Assembly: GCA_002633005.1 (NCBI GenBank)
Contig: NMRA01000259.1
Span: forward strand, 216,870-279,391
From: Phoronis australis
Lineage: Eukaryota; Animalia; Phoronida
Direction of reading: 5' to 3'
DNA: 62,522 bases
In this document: positions 36,301 through 48,300 of the stretch, piece after piece
How positions within the stretch are numbered: the first letter of the stretch is position 1
Layout of the letters: each line of letters begins with the position of its first letter
Made by a program: the position numbers and the translations under genes
Notes under the pieces: generated by a model
Told to the model about the DNA's origin: nothing
The model's database searches: none
The model's input: the letters and a program-made list of their open reading frames with translations, nothing else

Positions 36301-39300
36301 ATCAAGCACATCCAAACGGCAAACGGGTTCAAACTTGGTCAGGAATATTCCTGCTGAATCTTTGTTACCCACACAAAACAAAATAAAACTCAGACGAAAA
36401 TATTTTGAAATGTTCCCCCCTACTTGAAGTCGGTCTCCAGAAAAAGACTTCTCACTCATACCATCAAGTGAAAAACAGCTGCAGCAAATTTCAAGAAAAT
36501 AGTGTTTTCAACTCATTAACTTTGCAGTAATATACCCTAGCAGACACCCACTATAATCAGAATTCATCTGGGCGCTCAGCTGTCATGATGATAAATTACA
36601 CCTGCGCTCCAGGATTTCACTGTCATTTTGGAGATCGCATTTGGCATAAACTGTACTGATATTAAAAGCAAGCCAAGATGATGGCCGTCCTCGACCACAC
36701 CCATGACCCTTGACCCAACAACCTCCCGCCCACTCACCCTGGAGCTGTTGTTGCTGCGATTGCTACTGGACGCGGACGTGTCCTTGGACCAGTAATGCGT
36801 GTGAGCAATTTCGAGCACCATCAGCGCCGAAGCCATACCGCCGAGGCCGTGATTCTTGTAGGTGTGCTCCAGCCCATATATCAGGTATTTGAGTACGTTC
36901 AGCATACCCTTGTAGACGTGCTTGTTGAGAATTTGCTGGAAAAGAAATAACAGTGTGAACAGAGTGCTGGACTAATAAAAGGGATACAGCACACATCACG
37001 AATTTTTGTCCAACTGGTCGGCTAGGAGTCGTCGACCAGCAGCCGACCGCTCGTCGACAAATTTCTGACTGGTCAGACAAAAATTCGTGATGTGTGCTGT
37101 ATAATGTCTTTATAGGCGTGCTTCTATGAAAATTTGCTAAACTAACTCACATTAAAATCACCTAAAAACTGACAAAGCCTAAGTATTACAGTGATTGGCT
37201 GTGAAGCTTCACGAGAAGCGAGGTGGGCAGGGGAAGTGAAATTGGCAATAGCCAGAGGGAGACACTGGACTTCAAGAAAATACACTCCATATGTCATCTT
37301 ACGCCACTGAATCAATACATGATCACTGTCCAGTAATTACCACGTCTTCAATGTGCATTGAGTCGTCGTTAAGTTTCTTGTCGAGGGATGTGTTAAGCCG
37401 GCTGACGACGAAGTTGCGGTAGTTCTCGTCCTCCATTAGTCTGCGAAGCTTGTTGTACTTCAGAAGTCCGATGCCCTTACCCTCAAGCACGTGACTTATG
37501 ACTTCCTTCAGAAACTGCTGGTTTTCACTAAAATGCGGAACAAANATTGAACTGGAACCCTCTGGTACAACACTTCGGGGCGGCAGGTGGCACCAGTGGA
37601 TTATTAATTAAAATGCGTTTGCCTGACTTACTTGAGTGAATCTATGTAATATTTCTGATGCTAAAACGTTTAGTGTCGATCATCACGAATTGTTGTGTCG
37701 CCTCTCCTTCCCCCCTCCTCCCCATCATATCTAGAGCGTGAAATTATGTTTCCACGACATCATTTAACATTTGATTTTACCACGCCATCAGCAATTCAAC
37801 ATTAAGTTTACGTTTGGTGCAATTTCACGCAATTCGTATTTGTAGGTTGATTCGATTTTACCACCTTTCAATAGTTGAACAGAAGTTGAGCACTGATGTC
37901 AAGACCAGAGTGGCCACTGGTGAACGAACAGCGAACAGCTAAATGTTTGTTTGGCCAAAGTTCACCCGCTAAGTCATAAAATGGTAATTGCTAACCAAGG
38001 ACACGCATAATCCTAATTGGTCGTCTATGCTAGGCAACCAATACCGACCCAAGTGCCGACCACAGAGGCGACTCAGCAGGCGGCTCCCAGCACACCATTG
38101 TTGGTCGGCTGCTGGTCGGCTGGACGGCCGGTCGTCGACAAATTTCTGACTGGTCAGACAAAAATTCGTGATGTGTGCTGTATAATGTCTTTATAGGCGT
38201 GCTTCTATGAAAATTTGCTTAAAAATAACTCACATTAAAATGACCTAAAAACTGACAAAGCCTAAGTATTACAGTGATTGGCTGTGAAGCTTCACGAGAA
38301 GCGAGGTGGGCAGGTGAAGTGAAATAGGCAATAACCAGGGGAAGACACTGGACTTCAAGAAAATACACTCCATATGTCATCTTATGCCACTGAATCAATA
38401 CATGATCACTATCCAGTAATTACCACGTCTTCAATGTGCATTGAGTCGTCGTTAAGTTTCTTGTCGAGGGATGTGTTAAGCCGGCTGACGACGAAGTTGC
38501 GGTAGTTCTCGTCCTCCATTAGTCTGCGAAGCTTGTTGTACTTCAGAAGTCCGATGCCCTTACCCTCAAGCACGTGACTTATGACTTCCTTCAGAAACTG
38601 CTGGTTTTCACTAAAATGCGGAACAAAAATGCATGGGAAAGGAAGCCTACTAGATATTACATGGAATGTCCATAAAACAATAATTTATTACGACGAAACA
38701 TTGAACGTTCAAAGTTGAACCAAAATGTTAATGACTTATTATTTTGCACAAAGTACTTTAATTTATGCACTTCAAATAATTAAGGATTAGACTTGCACAT
38801 TGGCACATGTCAACATATTAAAAAAGTACCAGCAAAACATCCACTATTTTAATTATACAAGTCATATTCATCTTTATCTTATCCAGAAAATATAATCCAA
38901 AAAACTTACAGGATAAGTGGGACCAGACGATACAAACAAACCCCACTCAGAAGATGTAAAAGTGAGTGCAATTAAATTAAATGTACATTTTTACAACTCA
39001 AAACAGCGCGGGAAATCGCCTAATATCAACAGTAAAACGAGCAGCATACGCACGATACCTATCACCTTTGCCAACAGATGTCACCCTCACCTGTGTGTAG
39101 TGTTGCGGGCCTCAATACTCTGCTGTCTCTGGACATCCCTCAGCTTCTTTGACTGATTGCTGTGGTATTTCACCAGTCCCGACGTCTCGATACGCGCCGG
39201 CCGACGGTTGCCTAGCAATGAGGGAACATACACGGCTAGCTCAGACACTGCCCACATAATGTGTTAAGAAAGGGAGAAGTACCTGGGCCTCAAACATGAG

Positions 39301-42300
39301 AACAAACAATCAACTAACATCTCAAATGCAAGATAGCAAAACAGTCACTTAAAGAACATCAATCCAAGTGGGAATGCCTGTATGAGGCGTTCGAGCATCC
39401 ATCTCGTACCCCTTATGTGAATGGTTCAGAGGGTTCAACGTCAATTCCAGCAAACTCAACATAAAATCCCCTTTGACTACAACTTGAATAAAAAGATACA
39501 AACAGCACAATGTTAAAATCAACAGAAGCATATAAGATATGATATGATTTAAATCTACCTAGAGGTGCATAGGGCCGACTCTGGCGTGTGGGCGAGGGTG
39601 AGCTGGTGCGACCATCGCCAGGGGGTGGGGCATTGAGGAAGTTGGAGATGGTCTTCTGTGCCTTGGAGGTGTACTCCCCAAGCTCACTGCTGAGGCTTGA
39701 GATGACCGAGCCAGTGGACGAATCACTGCCCGCCTGGAAGGGACATTTAGATGGGTTAGGCAACGATGGATACAAGTAAAAAACGCCTCAGTGTGAAAGG
39801 AAAGTAGCACCACATCCCTCACCTGCATCAAAGAATTAATTTTGTCAGTTGAGGCAACTATGTAAGACACTACTCTTTAAGAAAAACAGTTCACGATTCG
39901 CATCACTAAACATGACAAAAACCCTGCAGGAACTCGGGAGATAACTTAAATTTTTTCATCTGAACATAAGATTAGATAATTTAAAAGGAGAATATTGTCA
40001 ACGATTTGGACTTAAGGAACTGTTGTGTACTAAAATCGCGCACTCAGCCTGCGGCGTGGAAACTTACACTGAGAATACGCTGCCTCATGCCCTGTGAAGC
40101 CTGTTGTGCTCCAGTCTTCGCCGCTGGCCTTGGCGGTACCCCATTGGGTCTGTGAACGTAGCCACCAGGCTCCGCCACACGCCTGTGGCTCTGTTCTCTC
40201 ATGGAGATTCCGCTGTCGCGAGACGTAGCTTCAGTAATAGTGGAGCCTGATTTTTCTGAGCTGGATGAGAAGAGCATAGCATTACATCGTCGTCTTGGCA
40301 ACATTGTTTCTGGTCTTTACCATGACTCATTTTGAGACCTGTGCCCATAGACTGTGAAAAAGCAGCCAACCGCACCCATTTCATCAAAGGTGCCATGTGC
40401 TTTTTTAAAATGCCATGATGATCTTCTAAGCTAAGTAAAAAAATCTGTCTCATTTTTGCTCATCTAAGCATTACTTTTTTGAAAATGTGAACAACTAAAA
40501 AATACCACTGACACCACACACTCGATTTTCAAAGAACACAAACCTGAACCAACTATGCTTATTTGGCCTAATAAGAACACAGACCAGAACCAACTATGCT
40601 TATTTGGCCTAATAAGAACACAGACCTGAACCAACTGTGCTTATTTGGCCTAACAAGCTCAAGACAAAGAACACAGACCTGAACCAACTATGCTTATTTG
40701 GCCTAATAAGAACACAGACCTGAACCAACTGTGCTTATTTTCCCTAACAAGAACACAGACCTGAACCAACTGTGCTTATTTGGCCTAACAAGAAAACATA
40801 ATGAAAAGAATAAGCTTCAACGCTAGCTAGTACAGTACACGCCAAAAATAATCAGAGAAAAAATGACCCAGAATTCCCTTTCATGGAGGTGGAGTGCAAA
40901 TGGAATTCCCCATCAAAGTAGCTAGAATGAGTGGATCACGATGACTCATTTCCCAACACAGTGGGGGAAGCAGTATTTTGTCTGATTTGTTTTGCCGTAC
41001 ACTGTATGTTTTCAAAATGCTAAAATTTATCACTTTGACCTCATTTGAGATTCTGCAGTTGGATTTGAATTCAACACATTGAAATGCAGTAATTAAAAAC
41101 GCCAACAAACCTTAAGAAGAACATGCGGCACACTTACCTAACAGGACTGTCTCCAGATGAGTCGAACGTGAACTGCTCACTGTCAGTCTGCAAAGATAAA
41201 ACAATTATACACTACAACTGATGGCTGAGCTGTGACCTCTTATCAGTAGCCATGTAACGACATGTGAAAAAAAATAAGTGAAGATAACTCATTGACTTAC
41301 AAGATAGCATGTAGGTTTTGGGAGTCGAACCGTTCCAGCCTCATTCTGAAGCATGTTCATAATACATCATGTTCATCCTCTCTACTGAACATCACGACAG
41401 CGAAAGCGACGTGAATAGAGCAAAAAAGCTAATCACGTCATCAACAATTCAGAAATCAGAAGTTTGTCTGTAACAGACCACTAACTGGACTCTCATCAAT
41501 GATTGTGACCCTCACATGATGGCGGAAATACTGGACTCGCAAACCAACACAATTTCTATTCCAAAACGCGACTGTTCACAATTACTGCCATAACCACAAG
41601 AGAATATAACGCACTACACTATTCACCCATGTGCACGGAGAGGTGAAACCGAGGGAAAGATGAGTTCTTAATCTCATATTATCGCTCGACTCTTGAGCCT
41701 TGTTTGGTCCAATCATTTAAAAGTGATTTTTACCCTTGTTTTTGCATTGCCATTTTTGTTGACATCAAAATCATCCACTAGTAGCAATCTTCCAGTTGCT
41801 CCTTTAAAACATGCATTTTGTACATTACGGATAAATGGTGATGATTATGAATCCTCCGTAAAAGACCTTCACTCATCATCAGAATACAGTTAGAAAGTAA
41901 TTAACCTTTTCCACCGTAAGAAGTTAGTACATAAAACAAAGTTAACACCAAATGTTACTGGCTGAGGGCTATGTATACAAAAACTTGCAAATAATCCTTA
42001 AAACGATTTACATTTCTGTTCTTTGGAGTTACGTCCCCTGAGTTGTCTGCGTAGCGCGGCTCGTCAGAATCTGAAGAGTCAGCGTCACTGTCATCACACG
42101 GTGACGAAGATGAACTTGTTGGCGACAGTGGCGCTTCAGGCACTTGCAGGTCACGTGGCGGCTGGTAGAATTGAGATTCGTCCACGGTCAGCTTCTGCCC
42201 CAGCGGAAACACGTCTGCAATAACAGCATCGAAACGCGTTAAGATTAGTCTGAAAACAGGCCATGTTTGGATAGTGAATTCAAAGTATTTATTTTGCTCA

Positions 42301-45300
42301 AGGTCAGAGTTTGTACCAAATTTTAGAAATAGCCATTTTTTACTAGCTGTACCAAATCTAGGAATTATGATCAATAACAAGCGATCATTCACGTCAATGT
42401 TTCACACCAGGGGGCACTATTGCACTATAAAACGCACAAAAACCTTGCAAGTTATTTTTGTTCAGATTGTCAAGTTTATTCTCAAACTGCGTTGATACAA
42501 CATGCAGTGTCCGTCCAATATTAGAGAAATAACATGAATGTCAAAATTGCCAATGTCCAAATCTTCCTAATCAAGAAAATTTAATTTTGGCTGAAATTTC
42601 GTTGTACCAACACAGAGAAGTTTTACCATAAATAACATCTACAAAGTGTAGGTATTGATCTCGTTTAAACCAAAGTTAAAACTTTTATAAGTCTGTTAAA
42701 TGTCACCCATTTCTTTTTTAATAAAACACGAAGCTGATACAGACGTTAACACAAGCTGGGCCAAATATTGTTATTGCTTTGCACTATTTTATTGGAAGCT
42801 CGCTCTTAACGTGTTCACAGAATTGTAGACAAACACCTACACCTTTGTCATGGCTCATTTACAAGCATTTCTCCCGTCGTCATTAGGATTGACGTTGGTA
42901 TTTAAACAACTAAGTGGCCGACTGGTGAGAAAGGTGATTAGAAGTAATCACATATTGAGCGTTATAATCCACAAGACTGCCACTGCTCTATCTTGCTAAG
43001 GCTGGTTACTTCAAGTCAGTAAGCATGTTTTTGCCAGACATCCTAGAGTCACCCATTAGACAAGGTATAAGACTGCCACTGCTCTATCTTGCTAAGGGTG
43101 GTTACTTCAAGTCAGTAAGCATGTTTTTGCCAGACATCCTAGAGTCACCCATTAGACAAGGTATAAGACTGCCACTGCTCTATCTTGCTAAGGCTGGTTA
43201 CTTCAAGTCAGTAAGCATATTTTTGCCAGACATCCTAGAGTCACCCATTAGACAAGGTATAAGACTGCCACTGCTCTATCTTGTTAAGGCTGGTTACTTC
43301 AAGTCAGTAAGCATATTTTTGCCAGACATCCTAGAGTCACCCATTAGACAAGGTATAAGACTGCCACTGCTCTATCTTGCTAAGGCTGGTTACTTCAAGT
43401 CAGTAAGCATGTTTTTGCCAGACATCCTAGAGTCACCCATTAGACAAGGTATAAGACTGCCACTGCTCTATCTTGCTAAGGCTGGTTACTTCAAGTCAGT
43501 AAGCATGTTTTTGCCAGACATCCTAGAGTCACCCATTAGACAAGGTATAAGACTGCCACTGCTCTATCTTGCTAAGGCTGGTTACTTCAAGTCAGTAAGC
43601 ATGTTTTTGCCAGACATCCTAGAGTCACCCATTAGACAAGGTATAAGNGTCTGCAATAACAGCATCGAAACGCGTTAATATTAGTCTGAAAACAGAGGCC
43701 AGTTTTGGATAGTGAAAGTATTTATTTTGCTCAGGTCAGAGTTTGTACCAAATTTTAGAAATAGCCATTTTTTACTAGCTGTACCAAATCTAGGAATTAT
43801 GATTAATAACAAGCGATCATTCACGTCAATGTTTCACACCAGGGGGCACTATTGCACTATAAAACGCACAAAAACCTTGCAAGTTATTTTTGTTCAGATT
43901 GTCAAGTTTATTTTCAAACTGCGTTGATACAACATGCAGTGTCCGTCCAATATTTGAGAAATAACATGAATGTCAAAATTGCCAATGTCCAAATCTTCCT
44001 AATCAAGAAAATTTAATTTTGGCTGAAATTTCGTTGTACCAACACAGAGAAGTTTTACCATAAATAACATCTACAAAGTGTAGGTACTGATCTCGTTTAA
44101 ACCAAAGTTAAAACTTTTATAAGTCTGTTAAATGTCACCCATTTCTTTTTTAATAAAACACGAAGCTGATACAGACGTTAACACAAGCTGGGCCAAATAT
44201 TGTTATTACTTTGAACTATTTTATTGGAAGCTCGCTCTTAACGTGTTCACAGAATTGTAGACAAACACCTACACCTTTGTCATGGCTCATTTACCAGCAT
44301 TTCTCCCGTCGTCATTAGGATTGATGCTGGTATTTAAACAACTAAGTGGCCGACTGGTGAGAAAGGTGATTAGAAGTAATCACATATTGAGCGTTATAAT
44401 CCACAAGACTGCCACTGCTCTATCTTGCTAAGGCTGGTTACTTCAAGTCAGTAAGCATATTTTTGCCAAACATCCTAGAGTCACCCATTAGACAAGGTAT
44501 AAGACTGTTACTGCTCTATCTTGCTAAGGCTGGTTACTTCAAGTCAGTAAGCATATTTTTGCCAGACATCCCAGAGTCACCCATTAGACAAGGTATAAGA
44601 CTGCCACTGCTCTATCTTGCTAAGGCTGGTTACTTCAAGTCAGTAAGCATATTTTTGCCAAACATCCTAGAGTCACCCATTAGACAAAGTATCCATGACA
44701 GACATAACTGTAGTTGCACTGACCTGGTGTACCACCATTGATGTCACTGTTCATCATGTCGGTGACAAAATCACTGAGAGACGAGTATGATGAGCTGGTG
44801 CTCTCGGCACCATCGCTGTCTGAACCGGACTCGTCTGCAACGGAAAGGGGCAGATGGATTCAGTATGAAATGAATGACTCACGTCATTTCACAAGAAGTG
44901 ACTGCCACAGAGACATAATTTGAAGTCATGTTGCGCGTATCTGATAGGTTGTCAGCGGCACCATTGGTCAGTTGCATCATTGGTCAGTGGCATCATTGGT
45001 CAGTGGTCCTGCTAAGTAGCAAGTACTGAGCGTGAAACAAGTTAGGATAAGCATCTGAACAATCGTTACTCTATCATGTCATTGTTAAGTACTGTTACGT
45101 AAGGTATCGAAGCCTTCTCAAGAGTTCAAGCAGCAACGTGCAATAATTACAAGATTGTTTTGTTTTGTTTGTTCTCTCATCACAATCATCATACAAATTT
45201 ATGCCTGGGCATATTCCCATGAGCCTGAACAAAGTTGTAAGATGGACACAATATAACACAGCAATAGGACTAGGCAGCTCAAACTGCTGATAAAAACACA

Positions 45301-48300
45301 CCAATTTCACATGAAGTTGTCCAACCAATGACTCTCAGCACATAAGTATTGCTTATAACACTGTAATTACGACGATAAACATCTATGATGCTAACCTACT
45401 AACAAATAACCAGAGCAAGAAAGAGAGTAAAATGATTTTAATAATTCAAATAGCTGGTGTTAGCGCAGAGATTATGTGCTCAAAGAAACAGAAACTTGGC
45501 TAAAACAATACTAAGGTAATGTGCACTTTAAAGTGTCTACACAATGCTTACACTGTTCATCAGCTTTTGATGCTGTCAAAAAAAAGAAAACGCTACAACA
45601 TGCAACCTGTATAAACCAACACATTGAGTCATTTTAGACTTACACAAAAACATGAGTTATGTTTCTGTCGACTCCCACATGCTTCAGACATGTTGAGGAT
45701 TTTAATTTAGGACTAGGCAACTCAAACTGGTGATAAAAACACGACATTTCAGATGAACTTGCCACAAGTTTGTTCAGTGTTTTCCCTACATTTATTCAAT
45801 TATTAGAACTATAAACCGTGCCTGGAAAGTTACGAGCAATTTCTTGGTATTAGGCGAGACTAGAGCGGCAAAACAACAGAATTGACAATTCTCGCCATTG
45901 TCTGCCAGACAATTGTTTTAGTCAGGGCTGGCAAATTTACCATCTATATACACTTAATTAAAATGTTCTGCCAATTAACGCTTGGCATTTAAGCTCAACG
46001 GCGGAGCTAATGGCTTCAACTCCGAGCTACTACAAATTTCTGGAAAATTACTTTTTTCGCCGAGAACGTCCCCTTCAACAATTAATTTACAATGAACAAC
46101 CAAAGACAGTGAGTAACGACAGACACTGGCAACAATAGTTTTTAAAAGTTGGAAGAATTTCATGGCACTCACCCACAATGAAACAATCGAGAAAAACATT
46201 AAATAAATAGAATATGAGCCAGAAATTTTTGCCTTGAAATTTTGCAGACTTTCAGCGACCAAAAATATTAACCTTTATTAAAAATTTCAGTTGGGAAACT
46301 CTTCAGCTGTTCTTCACAACAATTGCAAAAATTTTCACTTATCAATTTTCAAAACTAAATGCCTTGACCTTTTTGCAGACAACAGAATCATGTTGAAACA
46401 CTTTTTAAAAGTGAATTTCCTCGTATCGGCCAAATGGGTGAGAAATTCCAATACTCTCATAACAACAACAACAAAAACAACAACAAAAACAACAACAACA
46501 ACAACAACACATGACAAATTAGCCAACCTGTAGGCCCTGGTGCAACAACAAAATATTGCATAATATCAAACCAGAGTGCTCATCAACAATAACACACTTA
46601 AGTGCACATAAACATCCAACATCTATCAAAAGCAACTCCAGCAGATAACCAATTATTTCACTGTCTGTCAAAAATAATATATATATAATAAATACACTGT
46701 CCATTAATCATGGAAAATCTCGCAAATTTAATTGCATTGCATTCCCAAAAGGATCAGTGAATCGAAATTCTATTGCAACTCCCTTTACACAGTATTCTTT
46801 CCCACTGACTAGTCTTGCCTAATGACTCGGAGTTACCACTAGTTCTCTTGATTAAACACCAGATGGCGTAGCTGACTCTAGCATGACTGAATTCAACCTT
46901 TCCCAATGCAACGGAGATGAGCAAGTCTGCAGTTTAATCCACACATTTAGAGAGTAGTTGTTATGGCTGTTTTAGTCAAGAAGTACATCCCACCGACCGA
47001 AATTCCCCAAAACAGGAGGACTGCAGCATTGGTGGAGAAAGCCATATTAGGACATAATATGGACCTTTGAACCCATGCTCATGACCTACGACCTAACACC
47101 AGTAAACCCATAACAGTCAGGCACTTTAAACACTTCAATTAAGAGCACTTAAAACGTCCAAAGACGATCATTCAACACTCTTAACTGCAAGGCATTCTTA
47201 TTCTCAGCTACAGTTCAGAAAGATTCGTTTCTTGTGGACCTGTTTCATCTCGTTAGGAACGCACTGAGAGAGTGCAAATGAAACTAAATCTGGCCAACAA
47301 CAGGTCCGGTGTTTTGTCCGGCCGTAAGAAATGACAGCGCAGGTAGTCCACCACCTCCCGAGGATGTGCACATGACTCTACTAATTAAACAGTGAAGGCA
47401 GAAGTGGCAAGACCAGTTGCACGGCTTTAAAAAAGATTTTACATTGGATTTTTGGAAATTAACTAAAAAGATGAGCAATTTGCATCGGATGCCACGAGAG
47501 CACAACGGAGAATCCACACTTGCAAAACGCTGAAAAGAAATCTTTTGAAGCAACAGATGCTTGATAAAAATCCCGCAAAAATTTAAATTTGACACGTGAG
47601 AATAATTATTGTTCACACAATCTTTGTTTTAAACCCATGAAACAAAAACGCAAACTTCCCATAGGTAAAAATTAAAAGCGAGACTGGCAAGAGATCTTTT
47701 ATTTATGCTGCTGCTGTTGCAATATGGAACTCTCTTAGCCCGGAAATTAAACAATACGATTCCGATCAATTAATACTTAAATAAAGAAACGATAACAACT
47801 ACGTCACTCAGAACAAATGACAAAAAGTGTCACTCTACAAGAACTTACTGATCATAGTGAGAAACGATTTGAGACGATGCTCAACTTCCGAAGCCCCTGG
47901 AAGGTGGCCAATGACAGACCACAACCTACTCCCTGTTGGGGTCAAAGCTCAATACATTCAATACCATGCAGGGAAAGACAGCCAATGGCGAGAAGGGCAG
48001 TCTCATCTAGCCATATGTGTTTAGTCCTGATACTTTCATTCAGAAACCACCACTTTGGTAGTGTACAGATGCACACAATGTACACTCCATGTCAAAGGTA
48101 AATGGCTGTAACTGAACAAAATACCATTTCCCCCAGTCCCGATGAGTAATTCCGTGTACGACAAACCACACGGGCCCGTCATGTCTCTTCATTCCAGCAA
48201 AGCTCTTAAAACTATACTGCCAAAAAGTCCAGTCATGCCTGATCGAGTAAAATGATTACAGTCATGGTGATTTCCACTTCCGATTTCTTCCGGTGTATAC

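Noticed and set aside
40532-40794. Regularly spaced 41-bp repeats superficially like a CRISPR array (also the 25-, 69- and 96-bp arrays)
   Set aside because: Head-to-tail repeats with no unique spacers, no cas genes, and a eukaryotic intron setting.
43025-43678. 217-aa repetitive ORF (and 44463..44741), the longest ORF in the track
   Set aside because: By-product of a 96-bp (multiple of 3) minisatellite antisense within a MADD intron; units are near-identical at DNA level and there is no gene context.
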